This document shows positions 43,352-58,834 of a stretch of 64,000 nucleotides of DNA, piece after piece; position 1 is the first letter of the stretch; every line of letters begins with the position of its first letter. Below the pieces are notes generated by a model, which saw nothing but the letters and a program-made list of their open reading frames with translations, was not told where the DNA came from and made no database searches. The stretch is from assembly GCF_009914755.1 (NCBI RefSeq), contig NC_060942.1. One strand, given 5' to 3'. Both the position numbers and the translations under genes were made by a program. This stretch comes from the human T2T-CHM13v2.0 reference genome, Homo sapiens.

Positions 43352-43664
43352 TCTTTTTTTTTTTTTTTTCTTTTTGAGACAAGGTATTGCTCTGTTGCTC
43401 AGGTTGGAGTGCAGTGGTTTGATCTCAGCTCAATGCAACCTCGGTCTCCAGGCTCAAGCAATTCCCCCATCTCAGCATCCCTAGTAGCTGAGTAGCTGGG
43501 ACTACAGGTGCATGCCACCACACTGGGCCAATTTTAGTATGTTTTGTAGAGACAGAGTTTGTCATGTTGCCCAGGGCTGGTCTCGAACTCCTGGACCCAA
43601 GCAATCCGCCTGCCTTAGCCTCCCACAGTGCTGGGATAACAGGTGTGAGCCACCGCACCCAGCC
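43352..43664 (-). mobile_element. AluJ
   Basis: Antisense dimer with caggctcaagcaattcccc and ctggacccaagcaatccg. Confidence 0.94.
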
Positions 43665-44870
43665 AATATTTACATATTTTTCAACTCTAGAATTTCCACT
43701 TTGTTTTTTCTAGTAGATTCTTTTTCTTTATTAATAGTTCCCACTTTTTAGCAATTGCCACCACATTTCCTTTAGTTCTTTGAACATGTGTATACTGACC
43801 TCTTAAGTTCTTCAAAGATATTTATCATATCTAATTAGAAATTTTTGTCTGCTAAATGCAACATTTAGACCCACTCAGAGACAGTTTTCACTGGCTGTTT
43901 TTATGCTAAGTATAATTTACATTTTCCTATTTGTGTTCTTGCATGCTTTATAAACTTTTGTAGAAAACTAGACAATTCGGATAATATATTGTAGCAACTC
44001 TGGATTATCACTTTCTTTTTCTCTGAGGGTTTTTTGTTGGGCGTGTGTGTGTGTGGATTTTGTTGTTGTTTGCCTACCTGTTGTTTTTAAGTAACATATC
44101 TGAATTAAATCTGAGGAGTTTAGAAGCCCCATGATGTGCAGCTGTTGATGCCTCTGCTTAACTTTTTTATTGTTTTTATTTTTTAAGCTGGTGTCTTAGA
44201 AGTGACCCCTGGTTTTGCATAATTAAATGGTCCGTCAATGATTGAACAAAAGTTGTGTTCAAAAACGGTGGGCTATAAGGCTTTCACCCTCTGCTTGTGG
44301 ATCTGTGTTTAGTTTGGGCAGTTTTCAAGTCTGCGTGGCCTTTTGTTGTTATTGTTGGCCCTCACGTCTCCACCATTCATGCACACAGGCTCCCAGGCAG
44401 CCAGGCATGTGTGGAATGTTTATCAAGTGCCTCAATTGCTATCTCCCTGCTAAATATCTTGCTGGTCTTACATTCTGTTACTTGCCCCAACCAGGACCAT
44501 AACCTCATGCTGCAGGCTTTTCGTGTTCACTGCTGGGTGAGATTTTTCCATCCTCCACTCCAAACAAAATCAGCGGCCTCCAGCAGTGAAGGTGCTAGTT
44601 TTCATGGCCATTTGGCCCTGGTAGAACTACTGCATCATCTGAGCTGAGGCAGGGGCAGTGGACAACTTCAGGCAAGAATGCCACAGACTTCCACTGTTTT
44701 CCCTAAAATTCAGTAGATTTTTGTGAATATATGTCTCTTACGTTGTTGTTTGCCTTTTGTAGATTTCCAGAGCTTGCTTTTTTTTTTTTAACTATTTTTG
44801 TCAGTTTCATAGTTGTTTTTTGGAGAGATGGTTTGTGAATCTCTTCAGTCTTATATAGCTGGCAGTCCTA
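43665..44870 (-). mobile_element. Old L1M ORF1/5'UTR region
   Basis: tttcaactctagaatttccacttt...ataatatattgtagcaactctggat...ggcaagaatgccacagactt...ggcagtcc. Confidence 0.75.
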
Positions 44871-45022
44871 CCTATTTTCCCTTTTTTATATCAATGAATT
44901 CCACCTTTCACAACACTTAGATGCATATATATATTCAAACCCTTCAGGGTACTCAGCAGAGTAAAGGGTGAATAGAGGGCACTTTATTTAACAGGACCCA
45001 ACTTTTATAAAAGGTAGTTGGG

Positions 45023-45139
45023 GACTGGGAACCATGGCTCACACCTGTAATCCCAGTACTTTGGGAGGCTAAGGCGGGTGAATCTCTTGAGCTCAGAAGT
45101 TTGAGACCAGCCTGGCAACATAGCAAAACCCTGTTTCTA

Positions 45140-45231
<92 letters not shown>

Positions 45232-45341
45232 CAGAGAGAGAGAGAGAGCCCGGAAGGTCGAGGCTACAGTGAAAGCTATGTTCACACCACTGCACTCCAG
45301 CCTGGGTGACAGAGCAAAATCCTGTCTCAAAAAAAAAAAAA
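45023..45341 (+). mobile_element. AluJ whose linker and right-arm 5' part are replaced by a microsatellite
   Basis: Left arm to ccctgtttcta; resumes at gagcccggaaggtcgaggctacagtg. Confidence 0.92.
45143..45248 (+). repeat. Compound (TG)n(AG)n microsatellite
   Basis: ~20 TG followed by ~30 AG units with two AC interruptions. Confidence 0.98.
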
Positions 45342-45499
45342 TGGCAATTAAAATTTAAAAATAGTATCATTTTTTTCTTTTCTAATAACAATTGCCCTAT
45401 AAGCATTTCTGGTATAGAAAAGCCAAGTAGACTTGGCTATATGAGACATATTTTTTCCTTTTTATTTATAAATAATGAAAGAACCACAACACATACAAC

Positions 45500-46265
45500 A
45501 GCTCAGATGCAGAGCAGCATTTCTTCAAGTCCTTCATTACCTCCGTCCAGAAACACTTTCTTTACTTAACTTCCTCTTCTGTGACTTCACTATTCTTTCT
45601 CTCCTCCTGGCCTCTGAATTTTGTGCACACTGCCAGTAAGTACTGGACTCTCTTCTATTTATTTTCTACACACGGACATATTTGGTGGTCACGCCTCATC
45701 TCTCAGGTTTAAACACCATCTTTAAACTGAGGCCCAGTTATGCAACCACTTCCTTGACACCTCTACTTGGATCTCCAATAGACAAAATTTAAAATATCTA
45801 AAACAAAACTCGTGGTTTAAGACCACACCACAGATTTGCTCCTCTCTCAATCTTCCCATTCATCCAATTTTTCTGGCCAAAAACCTAGAATTCACCTGAG
45901 TTGACTCTGCTCCCTTTCACTCTACAGTCAATTCATGAGCATGTCCTAAGGGGCTCATAATTCAAAATGTATCCAGAATGTGAGCTGATCATGTCCCTCA
46001 CTGCCACCATTCTAGACTAAGCCACCTTCATCACTCACCTGGGCTCTTGCAATTGCCTCTGAAGTCTTCTTTCTGCTCCAACATAGTCAAGTCTCTTTTT
46101 GAAAATATAAATGAAATCTTATCGTTACTTGGCTCAATTGTTTCTTGCAGAGTAAGATTCAAGCTTTGCACTATGTACTGGTCTGGCCTGTGCTCTCTGG
46201 CTTATTTCACTCCAGTCATCCTGTTTCTTTTGCATCCCAACCTCAGGCCCTTTGGCTTTTACTTA
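45500..46265 (+). mobile_element. L2 ORF2/3' region
   Basis: gacacctctacttggatctccaataga...ggccaaaaacctagaa...caaaatgtatccagaat...ctgccaccattctagactaagccacc. Confidence 0.8.
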
Positions 46266-47142
46266 TCTTTAAAACAAGTGAGGCAGAAATGGTAACCAGC
46301 CATTTGACTCACATTGCATTGGCAAGAATGCCATCACATCACATTATCATCTGCAAAGGACTCAGAGAAATGTAATCTCTGCCAAGGAAGTCATATGATC
46401 AACTTAAATTCTATTACTACAACACAGGAGATAATGGAATTTGGTGGACAGTTAGCAGTTTCTGACACAATATTTGGCTCTAGCCACCCCACTGTTTAGA
46501 TGTAAATTTCCTTCCACAAATGGAACATACTTGTTCCCTTTCCAAAGTAGGTAAGCTGAAGTCTAATTCAGTTATTTCATCCAGCTCAAAGTTCAGGATC
46601 ACTAGTTGAAACACAGTCCTCTCCACCAGATCAATATGTTACCTCCCTCCAATTCCCACCCCACAAATAAACAGTAGCAGAGCAGGAATAGGATAAATGC
46701 AATATAAGCCACAATTTGGAAAAGGAAAGCATGAGAAGCACACTACAGAGACTGATCTAGAGAAGTTATCACTGTGCTGGGTGGGAGTCATTCATCTGTC
46801 TGCTCTGGGAGGTGAGTGGGTTCTTGGTTGACCCGTCTGGCTGTCCCTGGTTCTACTCTCTGAGAGGAACTCCTTTGCCTGTGGTCGTTGTGGCCTCTGA
46901 CCTTGCCTTCTGGGCACTTATTTTGTGTCTTTTACATGAATATCAGAAGACTACTTCATGCCTCACAATTTTGCTTTTCCAAATTATGCTGATGGCTAAT
47001 TTGGTAACGCAATCCATTGAAAACATAGTAACTGCAGGGTTTTTTTCCTTATAATTGATTGCATGTTTCAATAACCATACCTCATTTTTTTAAAATTTAG
47101 TTTTAAGTGTATCTGCTTTCTGACTTTTATACTGTAACTATC

Positions 47143-47857
<715 letters not shown>

Positions 47858-49185
47858 CCATCTTCTCACACTATCTTTCTGGAAATTTCTAACCACTTCA
47901 CCTAGAGGAACAAGCTCAGTGGGAAATGTGCTTGTCTTGCAAATCATCACATGTCATATTCTTACCAAATGTTTTCAACACATGACTGAAGGTAACCGTA
48001 GTTCCCATCTACTATATTTTGTCCTTTCTGTGTGTTACTTGATTTTCAAGCCAAAATCACATCTTTTCTGTTTTTGTGATGTCTATCTGCATCCCACTTT
48101 CAATACCAGTCTCTTCAACATTATGTCAAAAAGCTAAGCTACAGTAATAAAGAGATCCCAAAATATAGTCACTTCTCAAAATAAACATTGATTTGTTTCA
48201 TATATAACCTAATAGTCCCCAAATGAGCAGTTCAGGGTTCCAAGGTGACTCTGCTCTACATAGCCATCCAGGAATCCAGATCTCTTCCTTTTTTTTTTCT
48301 TTTCAGCATCTCAGACTTTCTTTTTAACTTTATGGTCAAAGTTGGCTAGTGAGCATATTTGTGTTCAGCTTGAAGAATAGGAAAATCAAGGCCAGCAATT
48401 TTCCTTTAAATTGTGGCAGAAATTTTACGTATCACTGCTGCTCATACTCTACTGGTGAGAACTTCATCACATGGCCATAACCAGGCAGTCTCTAACTTCG
48501 TGTGTGCAAAACATTATTCCTAGCATGTAAGTGGACTGGGATAACATTTTATTTGTGATAAGTGATTACAACAATACCACAAGGTAGATTATGTTGCATT
48601 TGAGGTATACTAATAAAGGTATCACGTGTCAATTATCTATTACAGGTCAAGAGTGAGTGGCTAGTTTCCTTTTGACTTAGTTGTGTCTTACAGGTTTTTT
48701 TGTTTTCTTTACAATAGAGTCTAACTATTTGCCTGTTTGGACAGTAACATATGAGAACTTTTATGCTCATAAAGAATCCTCCTTTTAAGAATTTCCTGGA
48801 ATAAGATAAAAAATATTATGGTATCTCTATAGGCCAAAGAGAAAATGAAACTTGGAAATGTATAAAAAATGATAATAACAAAGAGGCGTGGAAAAGAATT
48901 CTAACTCAAGTTCCTTAACTGAAATCCACAGTTTGACTGTGAGATAAAGCTACCTCCAAGTGTGAATTCACTTCCCCAACATTACAAGACACCATACTGC
49001 TTTTAAGCTTGTGAGAATTAAGACACTCTTACAGTGGAGTCCACAATAAATAACAATTCATTGTATGAAATATGAAATATTATGTACCTTTTTGATCATT
49101 GTGAAGTTGTTATCAATTTTGCTTTATTTTTAATTTCTTTTAGATTTTTGGTTATACAATGACCCCATGCTGTAATTCTCAAGTA

Positions 49186-49337
49186 TGACTCAGTCATGAG
49201 TCCGTAGTAAAAAAGAAAAAATAGCAGGATAATCATCCAGGTAGCCTCCTGTTTCAACCAAGTAGAATTAACAATGCTTTGTTTAAACAAGTCTCATTTT
49301 CAGTAGTGAAAGACGGTCTTTTCTGTTCAGTGAGTCA
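49186..49337. promoter_or_regulatory. Paired AP-1 sites, candidate enhancer
   Basis: TGACTCA at 49186-49192 and TGAGTCA at 49331-49337. Confidence 0.35.
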
Positions 49338-49722
49338 TACCCAACCAAAGACATGCCAGAATGATGCAGTGACTACATAGAAATAATACAGGCTCTGTCT
49401 TACCTCTCTGAGAAGGAAAAACGCAACCTATGTTGGTTAAATAAGTTTTTGATTAAGTGAGACATTCAATTGCCAAATGAATATAAATTTCTTCAAAATA
49501 TGTTTAATAGTTTATTTTCTGATTACATGTGTGGCCTTAATTCTGTTGAGTTCAACTTGATAGAATGTCAAATTCAGAGAGATTCATAAGTTTATAGTTC
49601 TTATGAAATGTCAGATTATGAGTAGGGTTGTTTTAAAACTCAAGGGAAGTAACACATTTTTAAAAAGAATTGAGCCTACTGATCTCTTAAGAGATTCGAT
49701 TTTTTAGAACTTTCGTATATCA

Positions 49723-50066
<344 letters not shown>

Positions 50067-50894
50067 TCAATAATGAAGTAAAAGGTATCTGACCTGTTAA
50101 GTCACTGTCATGAGATCAATGAAGTTAAAGCTCATGCAATTCATGCTTCGAATTTTATATCTTCCTTCAGAAACTGTTTACTTTCAGTTTTCACACTTTT
50201 AAGTGTTTTATTAAATCACTTTCAAATCCAGTGATGATTAGAAACAGCCAAATAGGAAAGAGAGTTAAGCACACTGCATATAAATAAAACAATGACTATT
50301 CATAATGTTGATCCTGAATTATTAACAAAAGGAGAAATTATATTAAGAGAATGCAATATACCTTTTCAAGATTTTCATCTAATATTTTTTATTTTAATTT
50401 TTGATTTCTATCTGAAAATTGAGCCTGACTGAAACCTGTTCTTTTCATATACCGTATCCCTGTATGTTAAAATTCTCTCTTGCAAATAATCAAATTGTCA
50501 AAAAATGTAACTAAAAAAAAATTCTTTTCCATTATATTCATGCAATAAATTTAAAAACTGCAACCTAGAATATTAGCCTGTGAACCTAAGCTTGTATATT
50601 AAACTATTACCATATGGAATAAAAACGTATAATTGGGTGTTTAACAATGGGTGTTAAGGCCGTATTATTAGCACCAATCATAGTCTTTCTATTTCACTGT
50701 TATTTCCACAATATTCTGTTAGCCAATTTAATCTTTATTCCTACTAGAACAAAAGAAAACACATTGGAGATTAAAAGAGAGAACAAAGGTCGTCTGCAAA
50801 CTGCCTGCTCTCTAGCCCCTATCTTTTATGCCAGGTTATGAGGGCAAGGAAGCGGGTAGTGGGAACAATCCACATAGATTAGGTCTCTGTCTTT

Positions 50895-51015
50895 GGCTTG
50901 CATCAAAATCATCTGGAGAATTTATTAAAATACACCACTGAGCCACAACTCGAGAGTTTCTGGGTCCCAGACCTGAGAAATCTGTATCCTAAGCAGAGAT
51001 GCTCCCCACACACCA
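50895..51015. mobile_element. MER5A fragment
   Basis: gcatcaaaatcatctggagaatttattaaaataca...gacctgagaaatctgtat. Confidence 0.65.
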
Positions 51016-51490
51016 TGGCACTGGATGGTTGGGTAGCAGAGGTCTCCTGAGCCTGTGTACAGTGCACGAGGATCACATATGCCCCAGATGATGTGTAGCC
51101 AGGATGCACGAGCCAGCCAACCCAGTCTTCTCCAGCTGATGGCCATCTTATTGCTCAGTGCCTGTGTCAAATGGGTTGCTAAATATTTTTTATATCACCC
51201 CTGTGCTTACTCTGAATGCTTCAGTAAGAAAACTCTTAAAATTTGCAACATCCAGGGAAACAAATAAAAATTAGCTACTAGATGGAGGATAGCAGCCTTA
51301 TAGGTTTTTTTTTTCATAGAGAGGGGTAGAATTTATAGCAGATAGGTTAATAAAAATTCAACATGAATAAAACATCTGCTTATCATGTAAAGTAGTTTCA
51401 AGCCACCTCAAAATATATATGCTTTTAAGTGGAAGTAATATCCTTGCTGTAATCCACATCCCCTAGGTCTGTTTCCCTATCAGATTGCTA

Positions 51491-51912
<422 letters not shown>

Positions 51913-51914
51913 CA

Positions 51915-52146
51915 AGTAAATGAATGAGTTATGGATTACACCAATAAAAGCAGTTTAATTTGTGGAAGCAACGAACAAGTAAACAGCAAACTAGAATTAC
52001 AAATGCTGCATGTTTTATTTTCATTTTGTTATTGGCCATGATTTAGTTCATCTAGAAACAATTTTAAAATCAAGCAGAGATTTCAGCACTTATTCATATT
52101 CTTCATGTATTGCTATGAGAACATCTTTTTTCTCCTTAATAATCTT
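51915..52146 (+). repeat. Left arm of ~230-bp inverted repeat
   Basis: Reverse complement aligns end to end with 53299-53531. Confidence 0.95.
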
Positions 52147-52299
52147 CCCCTTAATAATATTCTATCTACTTTCAGAGAGAATATAAACTTGAGACTGCAA
52201 TTACCAGAAAACACTGCTATATTTTTCAGGGCTACTTTGTGCCCCATGTAGGTTATACTTACTGCTTATTCTGAATATGGCAAAAAAAATGACATAATG

Positions 52300-52885
52300 A
52301 GCAGATTTTTTTCAGGGCAAGTCCAACAACATTTTCCAGCATGGGCCAGATTGGACAAGGACTGTGGTAATAAGTAACCTGTGAAATAACAGAGGGAAGT
52401 CATGGAGATTGGAGGTTGGAATTTGGCATGGGAATAAAGAGGAAAAGCTTCACATAAGGGGAGCACTTGGCAAGGCTTGGAAACACAGCAGAGAAGAAAG
52501 AAGAGATCAAGATGATTTCAAGTTTCATGCATGCACAGCTGGAAGAGCTGTGAAGTCACTGAGATGGCTGTCTGCGGCCAGCCCACCTGAACGTGCTAGG
52601 TGCTGTCTGTGACCAGAGGAGTTAGGAGGTGCGAGTGCAGTTTTCTCTTCTGAGTGTGGTTGACCTTGTATTGGGACAGAGTGTGCTGGGGTGACAATAT
52701 CACCACCAACAGAAAGGTGCAAACACAAGAATAGTAGCAAGATAAGAGGGCATGATAGAAAATGTTTTTGTGAATCTTTGGCACAGAAGTGAAAGTTGAC
52801 ACCACAAGCTTGAATGACAGTCCCAGAAGTGAAGGAAAAGGTGAACAAGAGAGCAGGGACTGAGCCAGTGGGACTGACTATCAAC
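52300..52885 (-). mobile_element. Highly diverged L2-like fragment in the inverted-repeat spacer
   Basis: agatcaagatgatttcaagtttc, aacaagagagcagggactgagcc. Confidence 0.4.
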
Positions 52886-53298
52886 ATGACAAATCTCATT
52901 TGGCTTTGTTTTAAATTGCTCTCCAGTTCCATATGGATTTTTTAAAGGAAGGATGAGTTGCTTTTGACCAAAGTCATACAGTACAATTTGTAAATATGGG
53001 CTTATTATAGATAGAAAGGTAAATTGGGTTAGAACTAACACTTTTTTGGTTTTCAGTATTTTCATCTTATTACCAAATATTCAACAGTCATTAAAACAAT
53101 TTAAAAGAAAGCTTTGGACAAAAGTTTAGGCATTAAATTCCCTAAGTATGAGTATCTTCTAGTTCACATAAATATTTGCAAAAGAATTTTTGTCATTTTC
53201 TTGGTCCTTACTAAGCACCTCTTGTTTTAAAATATCCAGAATGAACACTTCTATCTCAATATACTTTAAAGAAGGTAATTTGTTAAAAAAAATTAGGA

Positions 53299-53531
53299 AT
53301 GATTATTAGGGAGAAAATAAATATTCTCAATAGCAATACAAGAAGAATATGAATGAAAGCTAAAATCTCTGCTTGATTTTAAAATTGTTTCTAGATGAAC
53401 TAAATTGTGGTCAATAACACAATGAAAATATAATATGCAGCATTCGTAATTCTAGTTTGCTCTTTATTTGTTCATTGCTTCCACAAGCATAACTGTTTTT
53501 ACTTGTGCAATTGGTAACTCATCCATTTACT
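53299..53531 (-). repeat. Right arm of ~230-bp inverted repeat
   Basis: 53363-53405 is the exact reverse complement of 52041-52083 (43 bp). Confidence 0.95.
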
Positions 53532-55164
53532 AGCACATTCAACATTATTAAGGGCCTAAAATGTGTACCAGACACTTTAATCCCTGCTTCAGGGAGCCTA
53601 CATTGTTAGGAACATAAGTGTGAGCAAACTCATTAGGTAAATCCAGATGATTTAAGTAGATTGGTCAAACTATGAAAATATCTACATGACAGAACAAAGT
53701 ACAAGTATCTGTTCCTTTTTAAAAATATTTTCTTATACTAATTAACATACCTTAGAATTTACATTGGGCACTTCTATCTGTCCTTTATTAATTTCAGCAT
53801 CATGTGTTATTGATAGTGAATACATTTGAGAACTGCACTCAAACACTTGTGTCTATCAAACTTCTGAAACTACTGCAAAAATATGTGCTTCATCTCGCTG
53901 TCATCAAAATAAAAAAAGGAATAGCCCTTCTCTGAAAGAAGTTTAATGACCTAATAATTTGTTCCACCTCCAGTGTTTCCCACTGTGCTTACCTCAGAAA
54001 ACCTCATTTTGATCACATCTTTTTCAGTGTCTATGAAGTTCATTATTTGTTGGTTTGTGTGTTCCTCAGGATTTTAAAAAATCATTTTGAATGATCAGTC
54101 TTTTTGTTCCTCCATATTATTCTATATCCTGAAGTCGTTTTGTAGTTATAGCACTTCAACCATCTTTAGCAAGAGAACTCTTGGGGAGGGAGTTAATGAA
54201 TAGCTAAAATTATGTATGTTTTTTCCTGAAAAGAGTATTCAATAGTTGATGAATGATAAAAAACTACTTTGCCATCTAATATACCTTTGTTTGTAAGAAA
54301 AATAGAATGTGATAATATTTGATAATGATTTAACTCAGAATAGTCACATTATTTTTAAGGAGCATGAAATATCTATTCAGACACACATACATTACACATA
54401 CACACTCTACCCTACTCCCTTGAAAATACCAGTCAACATTTTTTCATTTTTGTTTACCAATCTGTGGTGAGAGAATATAAACTAATATAGTGCTGGCGTA
54501 AATAAACTTGATTTAGGATGTAAAATCTGCCATAATGTTGTGCACCGATGTCATCTAGTAATGACTTTTGTGTTCACCACCTTCTTACTTCCAGTGGTGG
54601 AAATAGTGATGTGTTGGCGTACATGGCAGGAAAATCATCATTACTTGGGTGCCTAAGCAATGAAACAGCATGAATAGCATACTTGACAATTAGAGAGACA
54701 GCAAAAATAAATGAAGCATTAAATTAAACTAGCAGCGGCACTTGAAACAATATACCTGGCATGGTAAGACAAAATTATTCTACTGAAATACATTTTAACT
54801 GTTGTTCAAGACCTATAAATATCACATTTAAATGGGATAGGTAGGTAGAGCATCCGGCCCATTTAGTGTTTCCAAGGATTGGGAAGCATGCCTAACAGAT
54901 TTGAATGGAGATTACAAAATCTTCAGCTGAGCGCCAGGATGTTCCCATGGCTCCCTCTTCTTTTTGAGTCTTTTCACTCCAGGCCAGGGACCTGTCTGGC
55001 ATACTTAGATGAAGAAATATGTGAGAGATATTTTTGTATTTTCCATGTGTTCAAAAATTCATATTTGTTTTACTATTGGGAGCCTATATTAAGGTCAACT
55101 GCAATTATCTCTGGGCACTAATTCCCTGGAGTGTAATTTACCTTTCATTAGAATTTCCCAATTA

Positions 55165-55465
55165 GACTGGGCGCAGTAGCTCACACCTGTAATCCCAGCT
55201 CTTTGAGAGGCCGAGGCAGCAGATCACCTGAAGTCAGGAGTTTGAGACCAGCCTGGCCAACATGGTGAAACCCTGGCTCTAATAAAAATACAAAAATTAG
55301 CCAGGCATGGTTGGTGGGCACCTGTAATCCCAGTTACTAGGGAGGCTGAAGTAAGAGAATCGCTTGAACTGGAAGGCAGAGGTTGCAGTGAGCCCAGATC
55401 ATGCCACTGCACTCCAGCCTCAGTGGCTGGAGTGGAAAAAAAAAAAAAAAGAAAAAAGAAAAACA
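55165..55465 (+). mobile_element. AluS with rearranged 3' end
   Basis: Dimer; degenerate TSD agaatttcccaattag/agaacttaccaatcag. Confidence 0.94.
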
Positions 55466-55896
55466 AGAACTTACCAATCAGCATCCACTTGGGATGGGTA
55501 TATTTAAGCTTAACTGTTTAGACAAAGTTTGTTCTATTTTCTCTCTGTTTCTGAAGAACCGTAGAGCAACCAAGTAAACTACCAGTTACTATGTGTGGAA
55601 GAAGCCTTCCACAGAAGAAGGTTGAAAAGTGATTCCAATTTCATCAACTTCCTAATTACTTCCAAAATTAACTCTTCATGTTTGCCACCATATTTGTGTT
55701 AGGAGTTTGTATATGTTTCACGTCAAACTCTGGATTTTAGGAGAAGTAGGAATATAGAAAGACTAACCTAGAAGAATTAAACAGACTGTGAAATAAAGAT
55801 TAGTTGGAACCTCAAAATTCATTTCTTGGGAAAAAAAATTTAACTGAGCACTTGCTACATGCTGGGCACTACACTAAGCATACTATATAGATCATC

Positions 55897-56635
<739 letters not shown>

Positions 56636-57348
56636 TAGATAAAATTATTACTTCACATTTCAGATGAGGTACTTGAGACTTGGCTACACTGAGTAGCTTT
56701 CTTGAAGTCATACAACCAGTAAGTGGTAGAGGCTTATTTGAACCCAGGCAGGCTCTCTTTCCAGAGTTGGTGTTCTTAACCATTGATAGGCTGCCTTCAA
56801 GGACGTCCATTATTGAGACCTATGCAACACTTTGGAATCCTTAGCGAAAGACAGACTAATAGTCATAGGAAAGGAGTGGAATTTGTTAACATTAGGCATC
56901 TATATTTAGTTACTATATTATGAATTGTTCTTCAGAAGCAAAGCACTTACTGGGTAATGGTAGGCATTTACAACTGCTTTTTCATAAAGAGATGAGCATG
57001 AAAGGAACCAAAGCATTATGTTATACCCCATGAGCCTGCTGAAAGAGTAGGTGAGCCTGCCTTTCTCATTCCCAGAACCCAAGTTACTGGTGTTGAAGAA
57101 GTGGGGCTGTATTTGTCTTTGTAGAGAAAATTCTAGTCCTCTGTCCCAAGCTTGACATTTTTTCCATTCATACTCTTCTTAATCATCATTTATATTCTCA
57201 TGGAAACATGAAAAATCAGATAAAATGAATTTTAAATAAGCAAAGATATAGTTGCTTAAGTTAACCAATATAAACTAGAAATAATTTCCCAAATAAGGAT
57301 GCATTCAGTATCACTTCATAACTTAAAGGTGTACTGCTCCATTTTACA

Positions 57349-58133
57349 TTATTTTTATTTTTATTTTACTTTAAGTTCTGGGATACATGTGCAGAACATG
57401 CAGGTTTGTTACATAGGTACACATGTGCCATGGTGGTTTGCTGCACCTATTAACCCGTCATCTAGGTTTTAAGTCCCGCATGCATTAAGTATTTGTCTTA
57501 ATGCTCTCCCGCCCCTCAACCCCCAATCCAACAGGCCCCCCAGTAGGCCCCAGTGTGCGATGTTCCCCTCCCTATGTCCATGTGTTCTCATTGTTCAGCT
57601 CCCACTTACGAGTGACAACATGTGGTGTTTGGTTTTCTGTTCCTGTGTTAGTTTGCTGAGAATGATGGTTTCCAGCTTCATCCATGTCCCTGCAAAGGAC
57701 ATGAACTCATTCTTTTTTATGGCTACATAGCATTCCATGGTGTATATGTGCCACAGTTTCTTTATCCAGTCTGTCATTGATGGGCATTTGGGCTGGTTCC
57801 GAGTCTTTGCTATTGTAAATAGTGCCGCAGTAAACACACGTGTACATGTGTCTTTATAGTAGAATGATTCACAATCCTTTGGGTACATACCCAGTAATGG
57901 GATTGCTGGGTCAAATGGTATTTCTAGTTCTAGATGCTTGATGAATCGCCACACTGTCTTCCACAATGGTTAAACTAATTTACACTCCCACCAACAGTGT
58001 AGAAGCATTCCTATTTCTCCACAGCCTTGCCAGCATCTGTTTTTTTCCTGACTTTTTAATAATCGCCATTCTGACTGGCATGAGATGGTATCTCATCGTG
58101 GTTTTGATTTGCATTTCTCTAATGACCAGTGAT
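57349..58133 (-). mobile_element. 5'-truncated L1PA (L1PA7/8-like) 3' end
   Basis: ttactttaagttctgggatacatgtgcagaac; minus ORF 57595-57966 is the ORF2p C-terminus (IPFDPAIPLLG...WHIYTME). Confidence 0.95.
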
Positions 58134-58393
58134 TACTAAAACCAAATATATCCAAATTCTAAGAAAAAGCCTTTACCATCCTTTTTTCCCTCGTGTTTTC
58201 TTTCTTTCTCACAAGATGCCCCGCTTAACTTCAACATAACATAAATGCATTCAGCACCTTGAAACCTCATGCTGTGTTTGCAAAGCATCATTATGGTGGC
58301 CCAGATTTCTACTCTTACCTTCTTCTTTAAAATTGTCCACTCTTTTTTCTTTTCTTCAAAACTCCCTTTTCTCAGGGAGATTGATACATCATA

Positions 58394-58737
58394 CAGTCTC
58401 TGACTTAGAATGTTTTGACTTAGGTTTTTTCAGTGTTAAGATGACAGAAAGCAATATGCATTCTGTAGAAACTGTACTTCAAGTATCCATACAAAAATTT
58501 TGTTTTTCACTTTCAGTACAATATTCATTAATCACATAAGATTTTCAACACTCTATTATAAAATAGGCTTTGTGTTAGGTGATTTTTGCCCAACTGTAGG
58601 CCAATTAAGTGTTCTGAGCATGTTTAAGGTAGATGAGGTTAAGATATGATGTTCAGCAGGCCAGTTATAGTCAATGCATTTTCAACTTAGGATGGGTTTA
58701 TTGGAACATAACCCCACTGCAAACTGAGGAGCATCTG
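58394..58737 (-). mobile_element. MER47A (TcMar-Tigger)
   Basis: TA|cagtctctgactt ... ctgaggagcatctg|TA; internal ttgcccaactgtagg...gtgttctgagcatgtttaaggtag. Confidence 0.88.
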
Positions 58738-58763
58738 TATCCAGCAGAAAATAGGTCTCAATA

Positions 58764-58815
58764 AAATAATTCATACTAAGGTGTGAATGAAATAATTCAC
58801 ACTAAGATATGAATA
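58764..58815 (+). repeat. 26-bp tandem duplication
   Basis: aaataattcatactaaggtgtgaatg / aaataattcacactaagatatgaata. Confidence 0.85.
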
Positions 58816-58834
58816 ACTAAAAATGCTACTAGCT

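Noticed and set aside
52525-53065. ORFs in the inverted-repeat spacer as a transposase or invertase
   Set aside because: No DDE or recombinase motifs; part of the spacer looks like decayed L2.
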